Assembly (NCBI GenBank): GCA_020060565.1
Contig: JAGVAE010000002.1
Coordinates: 307,270 to 371,269 of the forward strand
Length of the DNA stretch: 64,000 nucleotides
Origin: Candidatus Woesebacteria bacterium
GTDB lineage: Bacteria > Patescibacteriota > Microgenomatia > UBA8517
Reading direction: 5' to 3'
Shown: piece after piece, positions 27,050 through 36,695 of the stretch
Numbering within the stretch: position 1 is the first letter of the stretch
Layout of the letters: each line of letters starts with the position of its first letter
The notes under the pieces: generated by a model
What the model was told of the DNA's origin: nothing
Databases searched by the model: none
What the model saw: the letters and a program-made list of their open reading frames with translations, nothing else
Position numbers and translations under genes: made by a program

Positions 27050-27772
27050 ATGAAAACTGTAATAGTCACAGGTGCTTCAACAGGGATTGGGAAAGCTACA
27101 GCTTTAGAATTTGCAAAAAATGGGGGGGGTACCATTTTATTGATTGCCAGAAATGAACAAAAACTAAATAAAGTTAAAGAAGAAATTGAAAAGTTGGATG
27201 GAACGGCAGAAGTTTTTGTTGCTGATTTAAACTCTTCTGAAGGAACTAAAAAATTAATTAGTGATATTAAAACCAAACATTCTGAAATAAACATTCTTTG
27301 TAATATTGCAGGGATTTGGCATGGGGAGAATGAAGTATATGCTGGGAAAAATTATGAAGAATTCGAAGAAAAAGTGATTTTGAATACTTTGAATGTTGGT
27401 ACTATTGCTCCATTACTTTTATCGCATGGCCTTATTTCTATAATGCCCAAGGGAAGTTCAATAATTAATCTTTCAGGAACTTTCGAAAATGGAGGAAAGG
27501 GGTGGCTCCCATATTATGTGAGCAAGAGAGCCATTGAAGACTTATCTGTTGGAATGTCTCAAGAATTGGAAGAAAAAGGAGTTAGAGTTAATTGTATTTC
27601 TCCATCTGATACTGCAACTGAAGAATATAAAAGATTTTTTCCCAATGATGCTGCAGAAGCTCAGTCTCCAGAACAGGTTGCAAAGTTTTTTGTAGAACTT
27701 GCTGATAGAGATGTAACTGGAAAAGTTTTTGTAATTAAAAACGGGCAGACTTCAGAAGGTTTTCATAAATAG
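27050..27772 (+). CDS. SDR family oxidoreductase
   Basis: VTGASTGIG, NIAG, YYVSK, VRVNCISP. Confidence 0.9.
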   Translation: MKTVIVTGASTGIGKATALEFAKNGGGTILLIARNEQKLNKVKEEIEKLDGTAEVFVADLNSSEGTKKLISDIKTKHSEINILCNIAGIWHGENEVYAGKNYEEFEEKVILNTLNVGTIAPLLLSHGLISIMPKGSSIINLSGTFENGGKGWLPYYVSKRAIEDLSVGMSQELEEKGVRVNCISPSDTATEEYKRFFPNDAAEAQSPEQVAKFFVELADRDVTGKVFVIKNGQTSEGFHK

Positions 27773-27776
27773 TTTG

Positions 27777-27785
27777 TGCTAGAAT
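27777..27785 (+). promoter_or_regulatory. Extended -10 (TGCTAGAAT) 6 nt before GTG
   Basis: tgctagaat-ttaagg-GTG(27792). Confidence 0.65.
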
Positions 27786-27791
27786 TTAAGG

Positions 27792-28235
27792 GTGAAAATC
27801 ACAATTAAAAAAACTGATTTAAAAGAAGTTTTTGCAATTCATAAAAAGATTCCTGAATTTACTCCAAATCCTCCAAAAACATTGAAAGAATTTGAAGATG
27901 AGATTAAAGATAAAAAGTATCTTGTTCTTACAGCGTACTGTGATGGAAAAATGGCGGGATACAGCATTGGATATGACAAATTTTCTGATAGATCATTTTA
28001 TATTTGGCTTTGTGGAGTAATTCCCGAGTACAGAAAGCAGGGTATATTTTCTTCACTTATCTTATATCAGGAGAAATGGTCAAACCAAAACGGTTACAAG
28101 TCAATAAAAGTGAAGACATGGAATAGACGAGTACAAATGCGGATCGCCTTGGATAAATTGGATTACTATTTGGTGGGTTTTGAAGAGAAACCAGATGTTT
28201 TAGATAATAGGTTGATATATGAAAAAATTCTTTAA
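27792..28235 (+). CDS. GNAT family N-acetyltransferase
   Basis: YIWLCGVIPEYRKQGIFSSL acetyl-CoA binding motif. Confidence 0.9.
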   Translation: MKITIKKTDLKEVFAIHKKIPEFTPNPPKTLKEFEDEIKDKKYLVLTAYCDGKMAGYSIGYDKFSDRSFYIWLCGVIPEYRKQGIFSSLILYQEKWSNQNGYKSIKVKTWNRRVQMRIALDKLDYYLVGFEEKPDVLDNRLIYEKIL

Positions 28236-29724
28236 ACAAAACTGGATTTATGTTATTGGGGGAATTGGGGTTTTGATTCTTTTTTCTTTGCGTTTTTGTA
28301 ATCTAACTCTTCTTCCTGTTTTTGCTGATGAAGCTATATATGTTCGTTGGGCACAGATAATGAAAGCTGAGGAAACTCTTCGTTTTCTTCCAATGTCTGA
28401 TGGCAAACAACCTTTTTATATGTGGGTTACAATTGCTTTTTTAAAGTTTATTAACGATCCCTTACTTGCAGGGCGTATCGTATCAGTACTATCAGGTCTA
28501 GGAACTTTAGCTGGAGTTTCTTTTCTTAGTTTTTTATTATTTAAATCTAAGAAAGCTGCCTTATTTGCTGCTATTGTCTATTCACTATCACCAATTACTT
28601 TCTTTTTTGACAGGATGGCATTGGTTGATTCAATGCTTGCAATGTTTGGAGTCTGGACATTTATCTTTGCATATCTTTCTATAACTCGTGAACGATTGGA
28701 CTGTGCGATGATAGCTGGTTTTTCATTGGGAGCGGCCTGGCTTACAAAGTCTCCAGCATTGTTTTTTGCTTTAATGCTTCCTACACTTTGGTTGTTTGCT
28801 AAGTCCAAAAGAAGTCTTATTAAAGTTATTCCGTTAACTTTTGTAACAGTTGTAATTGGTTATGGAATGTACAATATCCTGCGTCTTGGAACTAACTTTC
28901 ATATGATTGCACTCCGAAATTTGGACTATGTCTATCCTGTTAGCCATCTACTTTCTAGCCCCTTTGATCCTTTAAAGCCATTTTTGCTTCAAGTATGGCA
29001 GTGGTTAGTTATGATGGGACCTTGGCCGTTAATAGTATTAGGGGTTATTGGTTTGGTTGTTAATTTTAAGAAGAATTGGAAACAAAACACAGTTCTTCTA
29101 ATTTGGTTTATTGCTCCTATTGTTATTGAATCAGAATTTGCAAAAGTACTAACTGCCCGCTATATTCTTTTTACAATTCCGTTTTTGATTATAATTGCTT
29201 CATCTGCGTTTAATAGTTTATCAATTAGATGGTTACGAATTACAAGTTATGTAGTTTTAATTATATTTGTTGTACAGGCTTTTATTTTTGATTATTATCT
29301 TCTAACCAATCCTTCAAAAGCAAATCTGCCCAGGAGTGAAAGATCTGGCTATTTGGAAGAGTGGACCGCAGGACATGGTATTAAAGAAGTTTCAATTTAT
29401 ATCCAAGAATATCAACGAGCAAATCCTGGTAAAAAAATAATAGTGGGAACTGAAGGTTTTTTTGGGACACTACCTGATGCACTTCAAGCTTATTTGAATA
29501 GAGATAGAGAGATTACTGTCATTGGGGTTGGTCTTAATTTTACTGAAATTCCCATTTCCCTTAAAGAATCTTTTAAAGCGGGGAACACTACATTTTTAGT
29601 AATTAATGACAATAGATTTAATGGAAAAATTGAAGGAGAAGAACTAAAACTAATTTCAAGTTTTCCAAAGACCAAGCGACCTGATAGTTCTTATCAATCA
29701 CTACTATTATTTCAATTGAAATAA
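28219..29724 (+). CDS. GT-C (ArnT/PMT-like) membrane glycosyltransferase
   Basis: PVFADEAIY.RW, DGKQP, GR..S, DRMAL.D; multi-TM. Confidence 0.8.
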   Translation: MKKFFKQNWIYVIGGIGVLILFSLRFCNLTLLPVFADEAIYVRWAQIMKAEETLRFLPMSDGKQPFYMWVTIAFLKFINDPLLAGRIVSVLSGLGTLAGVSFLSFLLFKSKKAALFAAIVYSLSPITFFFDRMALVDSMLAMFGVWTFIFAYLSITRERLDCAMIAGFSLGAAWLTKSPALFFALMLPTLWLFAKSKRSLIKVIPLTFVTVVIGYGMYNILRLGTNFHMIALRNLDYVYPVSHLLSSPFDPLKPFLLQVWQWLVMMGPWPLIVLGVIGLVVNFKKNWKQNTVLLIWFIAPIVIESEFAKVLTARYILFTIPFLIIIASSAFNSLSIRWLRITSYVVLIIFVVQAFIFDYYLLTNPSKANLPRSERSGYLEEWTAGHGIKEVSIYIQEYQRANPGKKIIVGTEGFFGTLPDALQAYLNRDREITVIGVGLNFTEIPISLKESFKAGNTTFLVINDNRFNGKIEGEELKLISSFPKTKRPDSSYQSLLLFQLK

Positions 29725-29725
29725 A

Positions 29726-31495
29726 ATGAAATTATTATTAAAGATCATTATTGCAGCTTTAATCATTTTCATTATTTATCAATCACGTTGGATACTATCT
29801 TTCAAATACGAACCTGAATATTATGAAAACTTTTTTTATGAAAGCCAATACTCATATCCATCAAGTGCTAGGGGAATATCTGATGGTACTTTATATAAAT
29901 TCGTCGGTTATAGACTAACTCAAGGTGAAAATCCATTCAATATTAACTGGGAAATTCCTCCTTTTGGGAAAGTTTTATATGGGTATTCTTCAAGATTTCT
30001 GGGTAGTCCCTTTTGGTTTTCTTTAGCCTGTTTTTTTACAGCTTTGGTAGTTTTTTTCCTTATTCTTTCAAAGAATTTTAAAAATTATTTAATTCCATTT
30101 ATTGGTGTGGTGTTTTTGATTCTGATTCCACATTTTTCCAATCAGATTTCCGATACTATGCTGGATTTACCACTTACCCTTGCATATTTGGCTCATATGT
30201 TTTTCTTTTTTAATTATATTGACAAGAAAAAGATTATGAATTTAGTTGTAGCTGGTTCGCTGCTGGGAATTGCAAGTGCTATAAAACCACCAATATATGT
30301 GCCATTTATTTTGTTATTCGAACTTCTGATAGTTTATTTGAATGAGAAAAAGTTAAGAAGAGTTTTGATGCTTCCTATTTTTGTTTTTGCTGGTTATGTT
30401 TTAGGGTATTTTATTTATTTTGTCAGACATCCGAACCCTATTCCTTGGTTAAGACTTCATGAAAAGATTTATGATTTTTATTCAGGTTCAAAATTGGGAG
30501 TGAACTACACAGCTGCCATAAAAGAACTGTTTAATTTTGGTACTTGGGGATTTGTTTATGTGGCAGGACTAATTAGCTATTGTGTTTCCTGGACTAGATA
30601 TTTCAAAAACAAAAAAGATCTTAAGCTTTTGACAGCTATTTTGTTTTCAACGGTTTTTTTGGTAGTTAACTCTTTTATACCATTTTATCCAAGATATCTA
30701 TTGCCTCTCAGTTTTACCTTTATTTATTTAATTCTTTTTATGTTTAAGGATAAGCTTATAATTCCCCTTTTTATATGTGTTTTATCTTTTCCATTCTTTT
30801 ACAAAGCCTTTATCCCGTCTGATCCTGGAGGGGATGTGGGGGCGACTGCTAGATTTATTGAAACGAGAGCGGACAGAGAGCTTTATAGAGCAATTAATCC
30901 AAGTAAACGTAAAGAGATTTCGGAAAACGATTTTATCAATACACTTGAAAGCTTTAATAATACTTTGGGTACACGAAAAATACAGGTAACAATTGGAGAA
31001 GGTAATAAGCTTAATAACAAGTATTATTATGACCTTAATGTTAAATATGCCACAAGGTTTGGTGTGGTAGAGAACAATATACCTTTTGAATATGAGAATG
31101 TGCAAAATCAGTGGAAATTGAATTGGAATTGGGATTATCTTTATAAAGATTTCCTACCTGGATTGAATGTGGAATTTACCAAAAAACCATTACAACCATC
31201 CGAAATTTACGAAGTTTATATAATACCCAGACTAATGTTTGATTGGACTAAAAATTTAGACAATTTATCCAGATTAACAGGGGTATCTAGTCTTGTAATT
31301 AATCAAAAATTAACATCGGTAGTCCCCAACGGCTTTGAAAAGTTTGTTGGATACTTAAGTAAAGATGTTTCAGAAGTCGAGAGAGACGAAATAATGAAAG
31401 ACAATGGGGTAGTTAGGATTAAAAAAGTATACTTGGATCCGAAGACGGAATCTGAATCAAACTCGTTAATTTTAACTAAAACGTATTCCCAATAA
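29726..31495 (+). CDS. GT-C membrane glycosyltransferase with large C-terminal NTF2-like (MecA_N-like) region
   Basis: ISD..LY...GY, N.E.PPFGK; ~10 TM; soluble C-terminus with WKLNWNW. Confidence 0.65.
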   Translation: MKLLLKIIIAALIIFIIYQSRWILSFKYEPEYYENFFYESQYSYPSSARGISDGTLYKFVGYRLTQGENPFNINWEIPPFGKVLYGYSSRFLGSPFWFSLACFFTALVVFFLILSKNFKNYLIPFIGVVFLILIPHFSNQISDTMLDLPLTLAYLAHMFFFFNYIDKKKIMNLVVAGSLLGIASAIKPPIYVPFILLFELLIVYLNEKKLRRVLMLPIFVFAGYVLGYFIYFVRHPNPIPWLRLHEKIYDFYSGSKLGVNYTAAIKELFNFGTWGFVYVAGLISYCVSWTRYFKNKKDLKLLTAILFSTVFLVVNSFIPFYPRYLLPLSFTFIYLILFMFKDKLIIPLFICVLSFPFFYKAFIPSDPGGDVGATARFIETRADRELYRAINPSKRKEISENDFINTLESFNNTLGTRKIQVTIGEGNKLNNKYYYDLNVKYATRFGVVENNIPFEYENVQNQWKLNWNWDYLYKDFLPGLNVEFTKKPLQPSEIYEVYIIPRLMFDWTKNLDNLSRLTGVSSLVINQKLTSVVPNGFEKFVGYLSKDVSEVERDEIMKDNGVVRIKKVYLDPKTESESNSLILTKTYSQ

Positions 31496-32155
31496 TACAA
31501 GTGCTCCGATAATAGCATCTTTAGCTTTTATTTTTTTGCCTTTCTCATAGCTCCTGGGTTTATATTTTATAGCAACTTCTTTTATTTGGATTTTTTTCTT
31601 AAGTAGTTTTGCGGTTATCTCTGCTTCTATTTCAAAACCGCTGGATTTAAGGTTTAAAGATTTAAAAATATTGGTGGGGATAAGTTTGTAGCATGTATAG
31701 CTGTCTGTTAATTTACTTCCAAATAAGACGTTACAAAAGGTTGTTATGGCAATATTTCCCAAATAGGTTCTAAGATATGCATGTTTACTTTTACCCATTA
31801 TTCTTGATCCATATACTACGCCACTTTTTGTGATTAGATTGGTCAACTTTGGAAATTCTGTAGGATCATACTCAAGGTCTGCATCTTGAATAATGGTGTA
31901 GTCACCCTTTACCATTTTTATTCCGGATCTTACGGCACCTCCTTTACCTAAATTTGTATTATGAGAAATGATTTTTAGTTTTTTGGCAAACCTTGCTGAC
32001 TTTTTAAGTTTTTGAAGAATTTGCAGTGTTTTATCAGTTGAACCATCATTAATAACAATTACTTCATAAATATCTTTTAAACCAATAACTTTATCCAAAA
32101 TTGTTTTTACGGTCGTTTCTTCATTAAGTACTGGGATAATTACCGAAAGTTTCAT
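31472..32155 (-). CDS. DPM1-like GT2
   Basis: LSVIIPVLNE, NDGSTD, NLGKGGA, IQDADLEYDP, FEIEAEITAK. Confidence 0.9.
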   Translation of the reverse strand: MKLSVIIPVLNEETTVKTILDKVIGLKDIYEVIVINDGSTDKTLQILQKLKKSARFAKKLKIISHNTNLGKGGAVRSGIKMVKGDYTIIQDADLEYDPTEFPKLTNLITKSGVVYGSRIMGKSKHAYLRTYLGNIAITTFCNVLFGSKLTDSYTCYKLIPTNIFKSLNLKSSGFEIEAEITAKLLKKKIQIKEVAIKYKPRSYEKGKKIKAKDAIIGALVLLGIRFS

Positions 32156-32167
32156 ATAATTTAGATT

Positions 32168-33400
32168 GTGCGCAAATACTTTCCTATTTTAGCAATTTTG
32201 ATTATTTCTTCAATCATGAGATTTTGGAATTTAGGAAATATCCCTTTGGGGTTGTCGCTTGACGAAATTGAGTTGAGTTTACTTCTTCCCACGCCCTTTT
32301 TGATTAGACTTCCATTTGCTTTAATGGGAATACTTTCTATTTATCTTTTTTATAGGCTTGTAAGAAAAGTATTTAATGACGATAAAATTGCCTTGATTTC
32401 GACATTAATTTTGGGGGTTATTCCGTGGCATGTAACAGAAAGTAGAATTATGTCGTGGGGAATTATTCTATTATTGATTGGGGAAATACTAGCACTTTTT
32501 TTATTTAGATTTGTCAACAAAAAAAATAATATTTATCTTGGAATTATACTATTACTTGTTTGTGTAATTGTCCCTGTCTCAGGCTTGGCAATAAAAGTAA
32601 ACGATGAACGTTTGGTTGTAGTAAACAATTCTCCTAAGGTTCTTTCAAGAATATTTATAAATAAATTAACAGAAAACTTCAGACTCCGAGAAGAAACACT
32701 TTTTACTAATTTAGATTTTGGTAACTATTTTTTTGCTGGGCATCCAAGAGAAAGGGGTGGAATTGAAGAAACTCAAAAACTTTTATTATTTACTCTGCCA
32801 TTTATAGTTTTGGGGCTATTTAAACTTGGAAAAGATAAAAGTCAATTTTTATTTTCCTGGATTATTATTTCTCTTTTTGTTTTAACATTCTTTAATCTTC
32901 AGGGATCCCAAACATTAATACTAATATTCCCTTTTGTTGTGTTAGCTGCGATTGGAATAGTTAATGCACAGCGGATACTTGTGATTTTAGTGTTGATTTT
33001 TGGGATTTTTGAAAGTTTATATTTTTATAATTTGTATTTTTCGGGATTAACTGAAAGTCAGTTTTCTCCAAGAAGACCAGTATATATTGAACTGTCAGCA
33101 AAAATTAAAGATATAAAAAGAGAGGGTGAACATGTTTTGGTTAATGACAGAATTGGAAACTCCAAAGAATTTCTTAGTTTTTATTTGAAGAAAAATATCG
33201 AAGAGTTTGACTTTAGGATTTTTGATTATCACAAGGAGAGTGAAACGGGAAAATTATTTGTTGATGTTTTTCCTGATGATCCAATTTCTAATGAGCCGTT
33301 GTATACAAAAGATGGAGCTTGGCCTGACAACTTAACTATTCTTAGTGTTTTATATGATGTTGGTAAGCGACAGAAAGTAGTTATATATAGAACTAAATGA
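32168..33400 (+). CDS. Shortened GT-C membrane protein
   Basis: MRFWNL...DE then RLP almost immediately; PWH..SR; multi-TM. Confidence 0.65.
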   Translation: MRKYFPILAILIISSIMRFWNLGNIPLGLSLDEIELSLLLPTPFLIRLPFALMGILSIYLFYRLVRKVFNDDKIALISTLILGVIPWHVTESRIMSWGIILLLIGEILALFLFRFVNKKNNIYLGIILLLVCVIVPVSGLAIKVNDERLVVVNNSPKVLSRIFINKLTENFRLREETLFTNLDFGNYFFAGHPRERGGIEETQKLLLFTLPFIVLGLFKLGKDKSQFLFSWIIISLFVLTFFNLQGSQTLILIFPFVVLAAIGIVNAQRILVILVLIFGIFESLYFYNLYFSGLTESQFSPRRPVYIELSAKIKDIKREGEHVLVNDRIGNSKEFLSFYLKKNIEEFDFRIFDYHKESETGKLFVDVFPDDPISNEPLYTKDGAWPDNLTILSVLYDVGKRQKVVIYRTK

Positions 33401-34992
33401 CAAAGAAACTATTAATCACAGTTTTAATATTAGGAGCCATTTTGAGACTCTCCTGGCTTGGGACTATCCCATCAGGTTTTTTCAGAGATGAAGCAGCTAT
33501 TGGATATAATGCATATTCAATCTTTAAAACAGGAGCAGATGAGTTTGGAATGAGACTTCCTCTAGTTTTTAGATCCTTTGAAGTTTTCTTTCTACCTGCC
33601 TATCTTTATATTTCTGCCCCAATTGTGGGACTTTTAGGACTATCTGAATTTTCTACGAGGTTAATATCTACTCTTTCTGGGATAGCTGCAATTTATATAG
33701 TTTATTTAATTGCTAAAAATATTTGGGACAAAAAAGCAGGAATCTTTGCCGCTTTTGTTCTTGCTATATCTCCCTGGCACATTTTTTATAGCAGGGGAAC
33801 TTTTGAAGGGAACTTGGGATTGACTCTTTTTACTGCAGGATTTTACTTTTGGATACGGTTTTTGCAAAAACTAAATACTAAACATTTCCTTTTTTCTGGT
33901 ATTTTGTTTGCTCTTTCAATGTATTCATATCAAGCAGAAAGAGTAGTTGTCCCTTTGTTTATAATCTCTGCCCTTATTGTTAGTTTTAATAATTTTTGGA
34001 AAATAAAAACAAAATTAATCTTGCCAATTATTATTTTATTCATTCTTATGATTCCACTTCTCTCCTTGACGTTTAAACCTGGTGGGTATCATAGAGCGGT
34101 TGGAGTAAGTATTTTTTCTCAAATAACAAACCCACCGGGCTGGATAAGTGATATTTCCCCTGGGGTTTTGATAAATAATAAAACTTACTTAAGGGTTCGT
34201 GAGGTCTCATCGCTCTATCTTTCTTACTTTTCACCTCGCAATCTTTTTAATTTTGGGGATTACAATCGTCAGAGGTCTGTTGAGAATTCTAGTGTTTTTT
34301 ACTCCTTTATGATTATTGGACTAGTCTTTGGAATATGGAAGATTATTAAAAAAGGAACTGTTAATACAAAACTACTAATGTTGTGGTTAGTCTTTGCTCC
34401 CGTTCCAGCAGCTTTAACTGGAGATCCATTCCATACTTATAGAGCTCTACTTGTTTTTATTCCTTTTTCAATATTAATAGGCTATGGTTTTAGCCGTCTC
34501 AGTTATCAGAAAATCTTTTTAGGAGTTTCGCTTATTTCACTTTCAATATTTGTTTTTAATTATTTTTTTGTTACCCAGGTAACACGAGCTCATGATTGGG
34601 ATTGGGGATACAAAGAAATGAGTAGCTTTATTAATACTCTTCCGAAAGATCAAAAAATTGTAATAAATGACCTTTCAACAGAAAGCTATATTCATTATCT
34701 TTTCTTTAATAAAGTAGAACCCACCATTTATCAAAAAGAAGTAGCTTCTTTGGGTAATGTTTCGGATTACTATTATTCAGACCCAAGCGAAATTCGTCCA
34801 ACTAAAATTGACTCTCTTGAATTTAGAAAGGTGGATTGGCCAACAGAAAGAGGAAATACGAAAACTGTATTTGTAATGTGGGGAGACACCCTTCCCGATA
34901 GTGAGTATGAAAATGATCCAAAGGTAAGACTACTTAAAAAAATTTCATATCCTGACGGATCAGATGCTTTTAAAATTGTTGAGATAATTTAG
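33397..34992 (+). CDS. GT-C (ArnT/PMT-like) membrane glycosyltransferase
   Basis: DEAAIGYNAYSI.KTG.DE.G, SPWH..SR..FE. Confidence 0.82.
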   Translation: MTKKLLITVLILGAILRLSWLGTIPSGFFRDEAAIGYNAYSIFKTGADEFGMRLPLVFRSFEVFFLPAYLYISAPIVGLLGLSEFSTRLISTLSGIAAIYIVYLIAKNIWDKKAGIFAAFVLAISPWHIFYSRGTFEGNLGLTLFTAGFYFWIRFLQKLNTKHFLFSGILFALSMYSYQAERVVVPLFIISALIVSFNNFWKIKTKLILPIIILFILMIPLLSLTFKPGGYHRAVGVSIFSQITNPPGWISDISPGVLINNKTYLRVREVSSLYLSYFSPRNLFNFGDYNRQRSVENSSVFYSFMIIGLVFGIWKIIKKGTVNTKLLMLWLVFAPVPAALTGDPFHTYRALLVFIPFSILIGYGFSRLSYQKIFLGVSLISLSIFVFNYFFVTQVTRAHDWDWGYKEMSSFINTLPKDQKIVINDLSTESYIHYLFFNKVEPTIYQKEVASLGNVSDYYYSDPSEIRPTKIDSLEFRKVDWPTERGNTKTVFVMWGDTLPDSEYENDPKVRLLKKISYPDGSDAFKIVEII

Positions 34993-34994
34993 TG

Positions 34995-35003
34995 TGCTAT
35001 CAT
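34995..35003 (+). promoter_or_regulatory. Extended -10 (TGCTATCAT) 6 nt before ATG
   Basis: tgctatcat-gaagaa-ATG(35010). Confidence 0.65.
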
Positions 35004-35009
35004 GAAGAA

Positions 35010-36695
35010 ATGAAATCATTGAATAGAAAATGGTGGGTGTTTTTGTTTTTTGCTGTACTTCTGAGTGTGCCCTCATTTTTAAAAATAGTTAGGCCGGGAT
35101 TTTTTCCAATGCAAGATAGTATGCAGGTTTTTAGACTTTTTGAATTGGATAAATGTGTTAATGATTTACAACTTCCTTGTCGTTGGATTCCCGATGGGGG
35201 ATATGGCTATGGATATCCACAGTTTAACTTCTATGCTCCGCTTGTTTACTACCTGGGTGAGATCATTCATTTGGGTGGACTTCAATTTATAGATTCTATA
35301 AAGGTATTGTTCGCTTTAGGTTTTATCCTTTCTGCAGTAACAATGTTTATTCTTATAAAAGAACTATTTGGTGGTTTTTCTGCTTTTGTAGCCTCGGTAC
35401 TTTATATATATGTTCCATATCGTGCTCAACAGGTTTATGTAAGGGGGGCACTAAGTGAATTTTGGGCTAGTGTATTTTTCCCACTTATTTTGTGGGCAAT
35501 ATACAAACTAATAAAGAATGGAGATAAAAAGTACATTGTTTGGACCGCTTTATCTATAGCTGGCTTATTTTTAACTCACAATATCTTAGCGTATTTATTT
35601 ATCCCCATTATTCTTTTTTGGATTCTGTTTTGGGCATTTATAGAAAAAGGTATTAATGTAAAAAGACTGTCTCTGTCGCTTGGACTAGGTATTGGGCTTT
35701 CTGCCTTTTTTGTTTTACCAATGTTTTTTGAACGAGGATATGTTCACGTTGAAACTCTTTTAGGTGGTTACTTTGACTATAGACAGCATTTTGTAAACTT
35801 AAAACAATTGTTTTTCTCAAATCATTGGGGTTACGGGTCTTCAATGTTGGGGCCCGTTGATGATTTGGCTCTTTCTGTTGGAATTGTTCATTGGATAGTT
35901 GGGGCAATATCGCTAATTCTTGCCCTTATTATATTTAAGAAAAATAAAAAATTATCGTTGCTTGTTTTGGGAATGGGTGTGATTGAGGTGGTGGTCCTTT
36001 TTTTGATGCATGAAAGATCGTCATTTATTTGGTCGGCCATTCCTCCTCTTTCTTGGCTGCAATTTCCTTGGAGATTTTTGTCGTTAAGTGCTTTTATTCT
36101 TTCTTTTTTGTCAGGTTTTATATTTATGTATTTGGGAAAAGTAAGGTATATTTTCGGAATTTTAACTATTGTTGCAGTTTTTGTGCTCCACCTAAACTTT
36201 TTTGCACCCAAGGCTTGGCTTGATATAAAAGATAGCGATGAGTTAAGTGGTGAAGTATGGACAAAACAACTAACTGCAAGTATTTTTGACTATCTTCCAA
36301 TTTATGCAAAACTACCCCCAAACACAAAGGCGCCTGATGTACCTGAGATTTTGAGTGGAAGTGCTACTTTTGAAAATTATGTTAAGGGTAGTAATTTTCA
36401 AACTGGCAAACTCGATGTTAAAGAGAATGCCAGAATAAGGATTCCCTTGTTTGATTTTCCCGGTATGGTTGTAACTTTGGACAATAAGATCATTTCTCAT
36501 ATAAACAACGATTGCACAAATGAACCACATTGTTTAGGACTTATCACTATCGATGTTCCTGTTGGGGAATATTATTTTAAAGTTAAACTTAATAACACAC
36601 CAGTAAGAGTGATTGGTAATACGCTAAGCCTTTTTGCAATAATGGGAATAGTTTATGTTTCTATCAAAAAAAATGCTGAAATTTCTAAAAAATAA
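35010..36695 (+). CDS. GT-C-type membrane protein (PTPS-related/YfhO-like family)
   Basis: RWIPD.GYG.GYP.FNFY.P, PY.....YVRGA..E, QFPWRFL. Confidence 0.75.
   Translation: MKSLNRKWWVFLFFAVLLSVPSFLKIVRPGFFPMQDSMQVFRLFELDKCVNDLQLPCRWIPDGGYGYGYPQFNFYAPLVYYLGEIIHLGGLQFIDSIKVLFALGFILSAVTMFILIKELFGGFSAFVASVLYIYVPYRAQQVYVRGALSEFWASVFFPLILWAIYKLIKNGDKKYIVWTALSIAGLFLTHNILAYLFIPIILFWILFWAFIEKGINVKRLSLSLGLGIGLSAFFVLPMFFERGYVHVETLLGGYFDYRQHFVNLKQLFFSNHWGYGSSMLGPVDDLALSVGIVHWIVGAISLILALIIFKKNKKLSLLVLGMGVIEVVVLFLMHERSSFIWSAIPPLSWLQFPWRFLSLSAFILSFLSGFIFMYLGKVRYIFGILTIVAVFVLHLNFFAPKAWLDIKDSDELSGEVWTKQLTASIFDYLPIYAKLPPNTKAPDVPEILSGSATFENYVKGSNFQTGKLDVKENARIRIPLFDFPGMVVTLDNKIISHINNDCTNEPHCLGLITIDVPVGEYYFKVKLNNTPVRVIGNTLSLFAIMGIVYVSIKKNAEISKK

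Noticed and set aside
27122-27129. G8 homopolymer in the SDR gene as a phase-variation tract
   Set aside because: The frame is intact, it encodes Gly-Gly-Gly, and a single 8-mer is weak evidence without read data.
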